DNA of 64,000 nucleotides from Elusimicrobiota bacterium (GCA_033875325.1 JANRKA010000071.1:73371-137370), one strand, 5' to 3'. Positions 33,137 through 43,126 are shown, numbered from the stretch's first letter. Notes: generated by a model not told the origin, from the letters alone. Made by a program: numbers and translations.

Positions 33137-34881
33137 GCCCTTGGTCCTTCCTCGCCGTCATGGCCGTGTTGCTGGCGGGGCTGGCCGGCCTGCGCAACGA
33201 GCGCCGGGCGCTCGGCGGCGCGCTGACGGGGCTTTCCGTCGCCTTGTTCATGGCCCTCATGCCCTGGAGGACCGTGGACTGGCTGTGCGGCGCGCACCGC
33301 GGCTTTGGACGCTGGTTCGAGCCGCGCCGGAGCATCGTGCGGCTGGGTTGGACGGCGGCGTCGGCTTGTTTTGGCGCGGCCGTCGGGCTCGGCGCTGCCG
33401 GGCGCAAGGTCGCCACCCATGACGCGAAGGACTGGGAGACGCCCGCCGATTCCCCGATCGTGGACGAGGAGCTGGGCCGTCTGCTGCGACTTGACCGGGC
33501 CGAGGAGACCTTCCTGGGGCTGACGAGCGGCAAGCGCCGGATCAGCTTGAGCGCGCGCGAGCGCGAGGGGCACATGCAGGTCGTGGGCCCGACGCGCTCG
33601 GGCAAGTCGCAGCTCCTGTTGGCGCTGGCCGCGCAGGATCTGAAGGCGGGGCTGCCCCTCTTCTTCATGGAAGCCAAGGGCGACCGGGGGGACTTCGACC
33701 AGTTCCTTAAGACGGCCGGAGCCGCCGGAAGGCTGGACTCGATTCGCTACTTCAATCCGCAGGACGACCGTTCGATGACCTTCAACCCCATCCGGCCGGT
33801 GGCCGGGCAGGACCCGACCGCCGTGGCGAACCAGATCGCCCGTGCCATCGGCCGCGAGCCCACTTCCTCGGGCGAAGGGCAGGACTACTATCGCGCGGTG
33901 GACTACGCCAAGGTACAGACGATGGCCGAGGTATTCTGCGCGACCGGCCGCGCATTCACGCTGCGCGACTGCTACTACTACTTCGCCTTCCCCGAGGCGC
34001 GAACCGAGGCGTACAAGCTGTGCCGCGACCGGCGCCTGGCGGAGCTCGCCCGTTCCGAGTTCGAGGCGAATCCGGACTCGAGTGGGCTGACCTCGGCCCT
34101 GCGGCCTTGGACGACCGGTCCGCTGGGCGAGCTCCTCAACAGCTACTCGCCCCAGATCCGCCTGGAGGACGTGTTCGAGAGCGGCCAGGCCGCCTACTTC
34201 GCGGTGCCCGTGGGGCACCTCCAGGTTCTCGCCAACCCGCTCGGGCGCATGGTGATCTCGGGCCTCCTGTCGGTCGCGGCCGCGCGCCAGCGCACCGAGC
34301 CCAAGCCCGGCCCCGCCACCGTCATCCTGGACGAGTTCGCCGAGTTCGCCACGCCTGTCTTCGCCTCCTTCGTGGCGACCGTGGGCTCGGCCAAGCTTCG
34401 CACGATTCTTTCCCATCAAGACTTGGGGCAGCTGAAACGTGTGGAGGGGATGGACGTCGAGGCCTTCGAGTCCATCGTCTTCAACAACACCGCCGGCTGC
34501 AAGGTGTGCTTCCGCGCCCCGGACCCGGAGGACGCGGAGTTCTGGGCGACCACGCTCGGCACGCACACGACCACGAGCGACACCGAGCGCGTCGAGAGCG
34601 CGCTCCTGGGCGACCATCGCACCGGCGACCGCTCGCGCCGCGAGGTGGAGCGCTTCAAGATCCACCCCAACCAGCTCAAGTCCCTGGAGCCCGGCACCGC
34701 GCTCGTGCTCTCGCCCGGCCGGGCCGAGTGCCTGGTCCGCACCGCGCGCGTGCGCGAGGTCGCGCGGGCCATCGCCGTGCCGCCTCTTCGGCCGGTCCCG
34801 CTCCAAGAGGAGAAAGGCCTCGACTTGCGCGCCGCCGTCCCGGACTACGGTCCGGCCGAACCTTCGGAGGTGAAGTCTTGA
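33133..34881 (+). CDS. type IV secretion coupling protein (VirD4/TraD/TraG family)
   Basis: N-terminal TM segments. Walker A GPTRSGKSQLLLAL. Walker B VILDEFAEFA. SHQDLGQL. Confidence 0.85.
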   Translation: MSPWSFLAVMAVLLAGLAGLRNERRALGGALTGLSVALFMALMPWRTVDWLCGAHRGFGRWFEPRRSIVRLGWTAASACFGAAVGLGAAGRKVATHDAKDWETPADSPIVDEELGRLLRLDRAEETFLGLTSGKRRISLSAREREGHMQVVGPTRSGKSQLLLALAAQDLKAGLPLFFMEAKGDRGDFDQFLKTAGAAGRLDSIRYFNPQDDRSMTFNPIRPVAGQDPTAVANQIARAIGREPTSSGEGQDYYRAVDYAKVQTMAEVFCATGRAFTLRDCYYYFAFPEARTEAYKLCRDRRLAELARSEFEANPDSSGLTSALRPWTTGPLGELLNSYSPQIRLEDVFESGQAAYFAVPVGHLQVLANPLGRMVISGLLSVAAARQRTEPKPGPATVILDEFAEFATPVFASFVATVGSAKLRTILSHQDLGQLKRVEGMDVEAFESIVFNNTAGCKVCFRAPDPEDAEFWATTLGTHTTTSDTERVESALLGDHRTGDRSRREVERFKIHPNQLKSLEPGTALVLSPGRAECLVRTARVREVARAIAVPPLRPVPLQEEKGLDLRAAVPDYGPAEPSEVKS

Positions 34882-37403
34882 AGAAACTCGTCCTCGCCGT
34901 CCTGGCCGCCGCGGCGGCCTCGTCCGCCCGCGCCGCCTCTTATGTGGAGCAGGCTACCTTCAGCGTGACGGCCTCCAATATCGCCGGCCTCGACCGTGAT
35001 TCGGTGGGCAACCTCTATGTCCTGCAGCTCGCTCCGGCGGCGACCTTCTATTCGGTGACGGGCTATCGCGTTCCGGCGATGGAGCCCCTTTTCAGCTTCG
35101 AGACCGGCGTGCGCTCTCCGCTCGCCTTCGCGGTCGAGCCTTCGGGCGTCGTCGACGTGCTCGAAGGAGGCGGGACCATCACCCTGAGGCGCTTCCTTAA
35201 CACCGGCTACTTCCTCGCGCAGTCCACCTTCTCCCTCGGTCCCTACATCAGCACGACGAGCCTTTTGTCGGCCGCCATCGACAAGAGCCGCGCGCGGGTA
35301 CTCTTGGCTTACCAGAACCAGCGCAACTACTACTGCGTGCAGCAGGTCGGCGTCGATTGCCCGCCGAGCGGCCTCAAGGGCTACGTGAACGAGCACGACA
35401 TGGCGGGCAGCGTCGTGGGCTTCGTCGAGATGCCGGGCATCAGCGGCACGCCCAGCAGCTGCTTCACGCCGACCAAGATCGCGGTGGGAATCGCGGGTGA
35501 ATTGGCCATCGCCGACGCGAACTGCCAGCAGCTCCTGCGCTACGCGCCGGAAGGAAACTTGGAGAGCCAGACGCCGGCCTCGCGCTTCGGAAGCCTCGTG
35601 AATCTTCGCGCGATGTGGTTCGACGCCGATTCCTCGCTCTATCTCAGCCAGATCGTCTGCGGCGCCGGCGGGTGCCCCTGGGGCGTGGTCAAGGTCTCTC
35701 CGGACGGCAGCGCGGTCACGAACGCGGCGGCCGACTCGGCGGTAGGCTCCGCGTGGGATGGGCGCATGCTCTACCTGAGCTCGTCAGGCCGCTCACCGCT
35801 GCGCCGCATGATCTACAACGAGGCCCCGACCGTCCCGGCGCCTTCCGCGCCGCTTGGTCCCGTGGTCCAGCACTCCTCGGCGGCTTGGCTGCGCTGGCAG
35901 GCCTCCACGGACGCCGACGGCGACCCGCTCCTCTATACGCTCGAAATCGGGACCGCGCCCTTCGTGCTGCGCAGCACAGGGACCTCCGAGACCCCGGATT
36001 TCGCCTCCGCTCCGCTCGCCTTCGGCGCGACCTACTACTGGCGCGTGACTGCGCGAGACTCCTATCTGGGACTGCCGCTGCAAAGCCGGGCCTCATCGGT
36101 CGAGAACTTCGTGCTCGGACGCGCGAACTCCGCGCCCGGGGCCTTCTCCGTCAGCAAGGGGACGGGCACCTTGCTGACGCGGGACGCCTTTGTGCTTCTC
36201 TCCTGGACACCGGCGGCCGACCCGGACGGCGACGTGCCGGTCTACGAAGTCTCCTGGCGCCGCCACGACCAGGCCCAACCCGCGGTCACGACCACGACGG
36301 CGAACTCCGTGACCATGAGCGGTCTCGTCTTCGGCTCGACCTACTACTGGTCGGTCCGCGCGCGGGACCCTTACTCGGCTGAAAGCGTGATGGACGACGG
36401 GGCGGTGCAGAGCTACGCGCCCGTGCTACGCAACACGCCGCCCACCGCCCCGGTCTATCTGTCGACGAGCGCGGTTTCCACGCGCGCCGTCCGCTACGAC
36501 CTGCGCTGGTTGGAATCCGAGGACGCCGACGAGGACGCGGTGAGCTACCGCCTCTACCTCTCGACCCAGCCCGGCGTCGCGCCAATGGTCCAGGAAGGAG
36601 CGGCGACATCCTATCCCTTGGAGTTGAGCTACGGGACGACCTATTACTGGCGCGTCGTCGCCGTCGACGTGGTGGGAGGCACGGCCGACGCCGGGACGCG
36701 CACCTTCACGGCGACCTTCCTCAACGACCCTCCCGACCCCCTGCGCCTGAACGCGCCTTTCATGGCCGCGCCGACGATCAAGACCATGCGCGACGGTGTG
36801 GAGGTCTCCTGGGAGCGCGTGACGAACCCGCAGGGCGATCCGATCTCCTACACGGCTTATCTCGGCGGCTCGCCGCTGACTCTGGCGCCAGTCGCCCGCG
36901 TCGAGCAGGTGGGCGTCTCCGCTCTACGCGTCACGGCTCTGACGGCCAAGCCGCAGGCCGAGGCGCAAGAGGACGGGAACGCCGTTCGACTGCGCCTGAC
37001 GGGACTCGACTATTACCGCGATTACTACTTCAAGGTCACGGCCGAGAACCCCTACGGCGCCGCGAGCCAGACGCCCCTGCAGAACTTCATCTTGGCCGCC
37101 GCCGACAGCTTCCCGCGTGCGTACAACTACCCCAATCCCTTCAACTCCGGGCGCGGAGGGACGAGCGTCGTCTTCAACGCGCCGGCCTCCGGCTACGAGC
37201 GCGCGACGCTGACGGTCTACTCCGAGTTCGGGCAGAAGCTCTACGAGCGCGACTGCGGCCGCGTGCCGCCCGGCATCAGCGAGGTCCGTTTCGACGGCCG
37301 CGACCGGCAGGGCCGCGCCCTCCCGAGCGGCAGCTACGTCGGCCGCGTGCGCTTCGACGGACCTTCCGAGACGGCGACCTTCTTCCTCCTGGTGGTGAAA
37401 TGA
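34878..37403 (+). CDS. secreted beta-propeller / multi-FN3 protein with T9SS-type (FlgD-Ig-like) C-terminal sorting domain
   Basis: Start placed at TTG 34878 (TTGA overlap with the coupling-protein stop), giving the signal peptide KKLVLAVLAAAAASSARA. Several FN3-like units carry the (S/A)TYYW(S/R)V signature. CTD YNYPNPFNSGRGGTSVVFNA...LTVYSEFGQKL...SGSYVGRVRF. The track ORF start at 34020 lies inside the upstream gene. Confidence 0.75.
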   Translation: MKKLVLAVLAAAAASSARAASYVEQATFSVTASNIAGLDRDSVGNLYVLQLAPAATFYSVTGYRVPAMEPLFSFETGVRSPLAFAVEPSGVVDVLEGGGTITLRRFLNTGYFLAQSTFSLGPYISTTSLLSAAIDKSRARVLLAYQNQRNYYCVQQVGVDCPPSGLKGYVNEHDMAGSVVGFVEMPGISGTPSSCFTPTKIAVGIAGELAIADANCQQLLRYAPEGNLESQTPASRFGSLVNLRAMWFDADSSLYLSQIVCGAGGCPWGVVKVSPDGSAVTNAAADSAVGSAWDGRMLYLSSSGRSPLRRMIYNEAPTVPAPSAPLGPVVQHSSAAWLRWQASTDADGDPLLYTLEIGTAPFVLRSTGTSETPDFASAPLAFGATYYWRVTARDSYLGLPLQSRASSVENFVLGRANSAPGAFSVSKGTGTLLTRDAFVLLSWTPAADPDGDVPVYEVSWRRHDQAQPAVTTTTANSVTMSGLVFGSTYYWSVRARDPYSAESVMDDGAVQSYAPVLRNTPPTAPVYLSTSAVSTRAVRYDLRWLESEDADEDAVSYRLYLSTQPGVAPMVQEGAATSYPLELSYGTTYYWRVVAVDVVGGTADAGTRTFTATFLNDPPDPLRLNAPFMAAPTIKTMRDGVEVSWERVTNPQGDPISYTAYLGGSPLTLAPVARVEQVGVSALRVTALTAKPQAEAQEDGNAVRLRLTGLDYYRDYYFKVTAENPYGAASQTPLQNFILAAADSFPRAYNYPNPFNSGRGGTSVVFNAPASGYERATLTVYSEFGQKLYERDCGRVPPGISEVRFDGRDRQGRALPSGSYVGRVRFDGPSETATFFLLVVK

Positions 37404-39277
37404 TGACGAGCCTCCTCTTCAAGTTCTTGATGCTCTATCTGGGCGCGCGGCCGCTTTATGCCGCGCCCACCATCTTGAGCCAAAGCCCCGGCGCGCAGGG
37501 AGCGGCGTTCGGCCGCGCGTTCGTGTCCGTGGTCCAGGACCCGACCGCTCTCCACTGGAACCCCGCCGGTCTGGCCGGCGCGGGCGGGGCCGTCATCGGC
37601 GAGCACCAATTCCTGTATGACGGAGCGCGTTACGATTACATCGGCCTGAGCGTGCCCTCGCGCATGGGAACCTTCGGCATGGGCGCCCTCCAGCTCTACC
37701 GCGGCGGCATCACCGCCCGCGCCGCGATCGACGACCCCGGCTATCAGGTCACGGCCTCACAGTCCGACTATCGGGCGGGTTTCGCCAGGAGATTCGGCGA
37801 CCGCTGGGCGGCGGGAGGCGCCGTCAACATGGTCAGCTCGAACCTCGCGGGATACAAGGACCGAGGCTTCGGCGCGGACGCGGGCGCGCGCTACGAGGCT
37901 TCGAGCGACGACGTCTGGCTCATGGGGCGGCCGTCGTGGTCGGCGGGCGCCGTCATCAAGAACCTGCTGGCCCCGCGCCTCAAGCTCGACTCGGACCCCG
38001 AGATCCTGCCGCGCGAGCTGCGCGGTGGCCTGAGCGTGTCTTTCGACGGCTTCTCCCGGGTCTCCCTCAACGCGGGCTCGATCCGCAAGGACAGGGCGAT
38101 GCTGGGCATGGGCCTGAGCAAGCTGGTGGGGGACACCGAGCTACGGCTCGGCTTGGGTGCTTCCTACACGCTCCAGGACGTGCTGACTTTGCGTCTCGGC
38201 CTCGACGACGGCTTCGCCTTGGGCGTGGGCTTCAAGACCGCGGACGGCCGCTTCGGCGTCGACTACGCGCTCGAGGACCGGCCGCTCGCCAAGAATCATC
38301 GCTTCACTCTCACCTACCGCTTCCTCAAGGCCGCCATCGTCCCCGCCGCTCCCGCGGCGGAGATTCAAGACGAGGAGTACGCGCGAGCCAAGGGCCGCTC
38401 CGAGGCGCTGGGCGGAGAGGCCTTCGCGCACGGCCAGGAGCTGTTCAAGGCCCAGCGCTACGAGGAGGCGGTGGAGAGCTTGGCCGCGGCCGCGCTCCTC
38501 AAGCCCGAGGACCGCGAGACGCGCGAACTGCACCGCCGCTCGGTCGAGGTGCGCCAGCGCGAGGACATCCGGCAACTGCGAGGACAGCTCGACCAGCAGG
38601 CCTCGGCCGGCGACGCGGCGGGCGCCTACCGCACGCTGGCCAAGCTCCTGCGCTACAAGACGGCGGACCAGGAGTACCTGCTTCACCTGGCCCGGCACAT
38701 GGCCGAGATCGACGCGGCTTCTCGCGAGGCGGTCTCCTCCGAGATCGTTGCGGCCGGGGCGGAGGACGTCCGTTCCGCCCTCTCGCGCGGCCTCGACGCG
38801 CAGGCCATCGCCGACGCCGCGTGGCTCGATTCGGTGGCGGCGAGCACGCAGGCGGCGGCCGCCGCGCGCGAGCTCGGCGTCGAGACGGCGCGGTCGTCCA
38901 AGGAGCACCGCAAGCGCATCGAAGGCGTCATCGCCCGCGCACGCAAGGACGGGCAGCACGGACGGGCCCTGCTCGCGGCGTTCTCGCTCGTCCGCTCCTA
39001 TCCGGACGACGCCTCGGCAGCGCGCGCGCTGGACGCGGCGAGACGGGACTACGCGGCGACGCTGCGGCTGACCGACAAGGACCGCATCTACGTCCGCAAG
39101 CTCTATTACCTCGCGGCGGTGGCCTGGACGAAGAAGGACGCGGAGCGGGCGCGCGACCTGCTCGACGAGCTGCGGCGGCGCGACGCGACGGACGCGGACG
39201 CGGCGGCCCTCATGGACGCGATGGTCCGCGCGGGGGCCGTCTACGAGACGTTCGACGACAACGGAGGTGGACAGTGA
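37400..39277 (+). CDS. PorV/UPF0164-like outer-membrane barrel fused to a C-terminal TPR/helical domain
   Basis: ATGA overlap with the upstream gene. GAQGAAFGRAFVSVVQDPTALHWNPAGLAG, then a beta-strand region ending in a C-terminal aromatic motif (NHRFTLTYRF), then about 300 aa of helical repeats (AQRYEEAVESLAAAALLKPED...). Confidence 0.65.
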   Translation: MMTSLLFKFLMLYLGARPLYAAPTILSQSPGAQGAAFGRAFVSVVQDPTALHWNPAGLAGAGGAVIGEHQFLYDGARYDYIGLSVPSRMGTFGMGALQLYRGGITARAAIDDPGYQVTASQSDYRAGFARRFGDRWAAGGAVNMVSSNLAGYKDRGFGADAGARYEASSDDVWLMGRPSWSAGAVIKNLLAPRLKLDSDPEILPRELRGGLSVSFDGFSRVSLNAGSIRKDRAMLGMGLSKLVGDTELRLGLGASYTLQDVLTLRLGLDDGFALGVGFKTADGRFGVDYALEDRPLAKNHRFTLTYRFLKAAIVPAAPAAEIQDEEYARAKGRSEALGGEAFAHGQELFKAQRYEEAVESLAAAALLKPEDRETRELHRRSVEVRQREDIRQLRGQLDQQASAGDAAGAYRTLAKLLRYKTADQEYLLHLARHMAEIDAASREAVSSEIVAAGAEDVRSALSRGLDAQAIADAAWLDSVAASTQAAAAARELGVETARSSKEHRKRIEGVIARARKDGQHGRALLAAFSLVRSYPDDASAARALDAARRDYAATLRLTDKDRIYVRKLYYLAAVAWTKKDAERARDLLDELRRRDATDADAAALMDAMVRAGAVYETFDDNGGGQ

Positions 39278-39582
39278 GCAAGAAGATGACGGGCGCGGCC
39301 CTGGCGGCCGCGGGGATGACGATGACGGCGACGCAGGCCTTCGCGCAGTACGGCGGCAACGAGGGCCAGCTCGGCAACTTCCTCAACGGGTCGGCCAACT
39401 GGCTGATCACGATCCTGGGGCCGGGCGTGTTCCTGCTGGGCCTCATCTGGGTCGGCATCAGCCTCGCGGCGGGCGACCAGGACGCGATGCGCAAGGGCGG
39501 CTACGTTGTGGGTGGCGGGGCGCTGATCTTCCTCGCGCCCTCGCTCATGGCGCTGCTCAAGCGCCTGGCCGGGGGGTTCTGA
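39274..39582 (+). CDS. TrbC/VirB2-like T4SS pilin
   Basis: GTGA overlap with the upstream gene. Signal AALAAAGMTMTATQAFA, then two hydrophobic helices (WLITILGPGVFLLGLIWVGISLAAG, GGGALIFLAPSLMALL). About 100 aa. Confidence 0.6.
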   Translation: MSKKMTGAALAAAGMTMTATQAFAQYGGNEGQLGNFLNGSANWLITILGPGVFLLGLIWVGISLAAGDQDAMRKGGYVVGGGALIFLAPSLMALLKRLAGGF

Positions 39583-39629
39583 GGAGCGGGGCGGAGTACC
39601 AGAGCGCGGGGGATATCCTGGCGCCCTGG

Positions 39630-40091
39630 ATGAAGAAGGTGAACGAACGGAGGGAACGCATGGAGAAAGAAGGAGAGGCCGGCGCGGCGCTGCCGGGCAT
39701 GGAGGGCGGCGGCGCGCCGATCGGCGAGGAGAACTCGGTGCGCGTGATCGGGCGGCTGACGCGCAAGCCGTTGACGGTGGAGGTGACGGGCGGCCACAAG
39801 AAGGCCATCTTCACGCTCGCCGTGACGCGCAGCTACCGCGACGGCGAGAACCGCGCCAAGCAGCAGAAGGCCTTCGTGCCGGTGGTCGCCTGGCGGGCGC
39901 TGGCGGCGCAGGTCGAGGCGCTCGGCAAGGAGAGCGCGGTGCTCGTCGAGGGGCACCTGCGCACCTGGTCGGACGCGCAGGGCAAGAAGTTCCACTGGGA
40001 GGTGGAGGCGGAGCTGCTGGAAGTTCTCGAGCGCCGCGCGTCGCCGTCGGACGAGCGCGCGCCGAGGCAGGAGGCGGCGGCCAACGCCTGA
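39630..40091 (+). CDS. ssb: single-stranded DNA-binding protein
   Basis: OB-fold pattern NSVRVIGRLTRKPLTVEV...AIFTLAV...FVPVVAWRALAAQV...LGKESAVLVEGHLRTWSD..GKKFHWEVEAELLEVL. Confidence 0.8.
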   Translation: MKKVNERRERMEKEGEAGAALPGMEGGGAPIGEENSVRVIGRLTRKPLTVEVTGGHKKAIFTLAVTRSYRDGENRAKQQKAFVPVVAWRALAAQVEALGKESAVLVEGHLRTWSDAQGKKFHWEVEAELLEVLERRASPSDERAPRQEAAANA

Positions 40092-40146
40092 ACGCGGTTC
40101 CGGCCGGCTCGCGGCGAGAGAAGCTGCGGGCCGGCTGGGACGCTAC

Positions 40147-40449
40147 TTGACCATGGAACACGTCCGAGTCTATCGCAGCGTGAACGCCGGCGACCGCTTC
40201 TTCGGCCTGGAGTTGGCCGACGGGGCGCTGCTGCTGCTCGTCTTCTTCCTCGCCTTCAGCTTCAACCGCGAGGGGTTGTTCGGCAACGGCCTCGTCCTGC
40301 TGCTGGCCTACTTCGGCATCCGCGCCCTCAAGCGCAACAAGCCCGACGGCTACGTGCTGGACCTGACGCGCTACGTCCTTACCAGCCGCTTCAAGGCGGT
40401 CGGTTCGTTCGATGAATCCGAGGCGTCGGATGGGAGGGAAGCTCGATGA
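40147..40449 (+). CDS. VirB3/TraL-like small T4SS membrane protein
   Basis: 100 aa, with the hydrophobic segment FFGLELADGALLLLVFFLAFSF. Located upstream of the VirB4-like ATPase gene. Confidence 0.45.
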   Translation: MTMEHVRVYRSVNAGDRFFGLELADGALLLLVFFLAFSFNREGLFGNGLVLLLAYFGIRALKRNKPDGYVLDLTRYVLTSRFKAVGSFDESEASDGREAR

Positions 40450-40691
40450 CCACCGCAGCGCCGAATAAGAGGCCGATTCGTTTCGCGAACGGCAGTAATT
40501 GCGGCGCGTCCAGGGACGCACAGAACGCGGACGTGAGGACGATCACTGCTGGACAGGCAGTCATCCTCTCGAAGTCTCGGAACGACGTGATGCTGACGAT
40601 CAACACGGGGTATCTCCTCCATAGCGCCCTACCTATAGGGAGCTTTTCCACCATTTTTCAGGAATTCTCGCGGTCGCGGAGGAAGGCTTGA
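40446..40691 (+). CDS. small hypothetical ORF coupled on both sides (between the VirB3-like and VirB4-like genes)
   Basis: ATGA overlap with the upstream stop and TTGA overlap with the downstream start. Lower G+C and atypical composition, so it may instead be non-coding. Confidence 0.3.
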   Translation: MTTAAPNKRPIRFANGSNCGASRDAQNADVRTITAGQAVILSKSRNDVMLTINTGYLLHSALPIGSFSTIFQEFSRSRRKA

Positions 40692-43126
40692 ACAGGGTCG
40701 AACTCGGTCTGACCGCGCTGCGCCAGGCGATCCATGGGCCCAAGGTCCCGCCGCTGGCCCAGTTCTTGAATCTGTGGAGCTTGGGCGACGGCGTGCTAGT
40801 CGGAGTAGACCTGTCCATGTCGTCGGCTTACGAGCTGGAGCTCGACAGCCTGCGCCTGGCCGACCCGGCGCGGACCGACCTCTTCGAGACACAGGCACGG
40901 GCGTTCCTCAACGCGCTTCCGGCCGACGTCACGCTCCAGTTCGTCGTCCAGGTCCGCAGGGGCGACCCGGACGCGATACGCGCCTTCCGCGCGGCCAACG
41001 CCCCGCCCGCCGCAGACACCCTCTCGCGCCTCGTCATCGAGAGGAAGTGCGAGGCCCTGGAGCGCAAGTTCCTCCAGCGCCGTCGCTGCCTGCTCTTCGT
41101 GACGAGCCACCCCAAGGAAGGGCTCGTGCCGATCTCGCCCATCATCCCGCGCTTCAAGCGCCCTCTGCGTCAGGTCGCGGCCGAGTTCGACACTCTGCGC
41201 CGCCAGGAGCACGCCGCGCTCGACCAGCTCGTCGCCGAGCGCCTGCACAACCTGGGGCTCAAGAGCCGTCGCCTCGACTCGCAGGAATTGCTCGATCTGG
41301 CCTACAAGCACTTGAATCCGGCCAAGGCCGAAGGCCTGCCTCTCTCGCGCGTCTCACCCCTGCGCACGCTGCGCGAGCAGGCCGCGGCGACTCCGCTGCG
41401 CGAGGAGTTCGACCACGTGCGCGTCGGCGATAGCTACTTCCGGGGCGTGAGCCTGCTACGCCTGCCCGAGACGGCGCACCCGGGCTACGCCTGGCGGCTG
41501 CTCGACAGCTTGTGGCCCGACTGCGACCTCAACCTCACCGTCCACACGCTCGACGCGGAGAAGGCGGTCTCCTCGCTCAAGCTCAAGAACAACATCACGC
41601 GCACGCTCGCCTTCTCGGCCATGAGCAAGAACTACGAGGCCGAGCGAAAGCACCAGGAGCTCGACGAGCTGCTGACCGAGATCCGCGCGACCGCGCAGCG
41701 GCTGTTCCGCTTCTCGCTCTCGGTGCTCGTGCGCGCCGAGGACCCCGAGACCCTGCGCGACAAGACGGCGGCGGTGCTGGGCTCCTTCCACGACTTCGCC
41801 TCGGCCGAGGGCTTGGCCGACGACATGAACCACTTCAGGCTATTCCTCGGCTCGATCCCCGGCCACGCGCGGCTCAACAACCGCCAGTTCTACGTCCAGA
41901 CCGACGCCCTCTCGGGCTTCCTGCCGCTGTCGGGCTCTTGGCGGGGTAGCCGACAGAAGAAGATGCTCTTCGAGACGCCTCTCGGCGAGTTGGTCGGCCT
42001 CGATCCCTTCGACGATGACCTACCCGCCAAGCATGGCCTCATCCTCGGTACCACGGGCTCGGGCAAGAGCTTCACGACCAACTACATCCTCAGCGCCTAC
42101 CTCGCCGAGTCGCCCGAGAACCACGTCGTCGTCATCGACGTCGGCGGCTCCTACCGCAAGCTGGCTCGGGCTTTCGGCGGCGAGTACCTGGAGGTCGAGC
42201 TCTCGGAGAAGTTCGGCTTCAACCCCTTCCCGTCCCGCTCCGAGATCGCGTCGGAGGGGGAGTTCGACGGCGACGCCGTGGCCTATCTCTCGCTGCTCAT
42301 CTCGCGCATGTGCCTCAAGCCGGGCGAGAGCGTGAGCACCACGGAAAAGGCCTTCCTCGAGACCGCCATCAAGGCCGCCTACGCCGCCAAGGAGGAGGTG
42401 ACGCTCTCGGACGTGCGCCGCGAACTCGCGCGGCTGGCGAGCGAGCGCCCGAAGGCCAAGGCCTACGCCGACGCCCTGGAGCTGTGGACGACCGGCATGT
42501 ACGGCCGGCTCTTCGACCGAAAGGGCCGCCTCGACCTCAAGAACCGGCTCGTCGTCTTCGACTTGCAGAACCTCGAGAACCACCCGGACCTGCAGGGCGT
42601 GTACTTCTTCGTCATCCGCTCGGTCATCTGGGCGAAGCTCCTAGACCGGCGCCTTAAGAAGATCGTGGCGATCGACGAGGGTTGGAAGTTCTTCAACGAC
42701 GACGTGGGCTCGGAGCTCATCGAGAACCTCTACCGCACGGCGCGCAAGTTCAACGGGGCGATCTTCTCCATCTCGCAGTCGCCCAAGGACTTCCTCGACA
42801 CGAAGGCCGCCAACGCCATCATCGCCAACTCCTACGTGAAGTACGTCCTCAAGCTCGCCAAGGGCCACGAACTGCTGTCGCAGTTCGACCTCAACTCGAA
42901 CGAGGTCGAGGCGGTCAAGCTCCTGCAGTCCAAGCCGCGCGTCTTCTCGGACCTCTTCGTGAAGTTCGGCGGGCGCGCCGTCGTCGCGCGCGTGGAGCCC
43001 TGCCCGCTCGACTACTGGATATGCACCACCGACGCCAAGGACCACGTCGCCGAGGAGAAGGTCCGCGCCGAGAATCCCGGTCTATCCGAGACGGACATCC
43101 TGCTCAAGCTCGCGGAGGGAAAGTGA
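40688..43126 (+). CDS. virB4: VirB4/TrbE/TraC-family T4SS ATPase
   Basis: 812 aa. Walker A GTTGSGKSFTTNYIL. Walker B KIVAIDEGWKFF. SISQSPKDF. Confidence 0.9.
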   Translation: MNRVELGLTALRQAIHGPKVPPLAQFLNLWSLGDGVLVGVDLSMSSAYELELDSLRLADPARTDLFETQARAFLNALPADVTLQFVVQVRRGDPDAIRAFRAANAPPAADTLSRLVIERKCEALERKFLQRRRCLLFVTSHPKEGLVPISPIIPRFKRPLRQVAAEFDTLRRQEHAALDQLVAERLHNLGLKSRRLDSQELLDLAYKHLNPAKAEGLPLSRVSPLRTLREQAAATPLREEFDHVRVGDSYFRGVSLLRLPETAHPGYAWRLLDSLWPDCDLNLTVHTLDAEKAVSSLKLKNNITRTLAFSAMSKNYEAERKHQELDELLTEIRATAQRLFRFSLSVLVRAEDPETLRDKTAAVLGSFHDFASAEGLADDMNHFRLFLGSIPGHARLNNRQFYVQTDALSGFLPLSGSWRGSRQKKMLFETPLGELVGLDPFDDDLPAKHGLILGTTGSGKSFTTNYILSAYLAESPENHVVVIDVGGSYRKLARAFGGEYLEVELSEKFGFNPFPSRSEIASEGEFDGDAVAYLSLLISRMCLKPGESVSTTEKAFLETAIKAAYAAKEEVTLSDVRRELARLASERPKAKAYADALELWTTGMYGRLFDRKGRLDLKNRLVVFDLQNLENHPDLQGVYFFVIRSVIWAKLLDRRLKKIVAIDEGWKFFNDDVGSELIENLYRTARKFNGAIFSISQSPKDFLDTKAANAIIANSYVKYVLKLAKGHELLSQFDLNSNEVEAVKLLQSKPRVFSDLFVKFGGRAVVARVEPCPLDYWICTTDAKDHVAEEKVRAENPGLSETDILLKLAEGK

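Noticed and set aside
34020-34877. Upstream 286-codon extension of the adhesin ORF (track start 34020)
   Set aside because: It overlaps the well-supported coupling-protein gene in another frame and is Arg/Pro/Gly-rich. A clean signal peptide begins at TTG 34878.
40632-40642. CCTATAGGGAG, resembling the initiating region of a T7-type promoter
   Set aside because: Only the short core matches and the upstream specificity region does not. No phage-type RNA polymerase is in the window, so this is probably chance.
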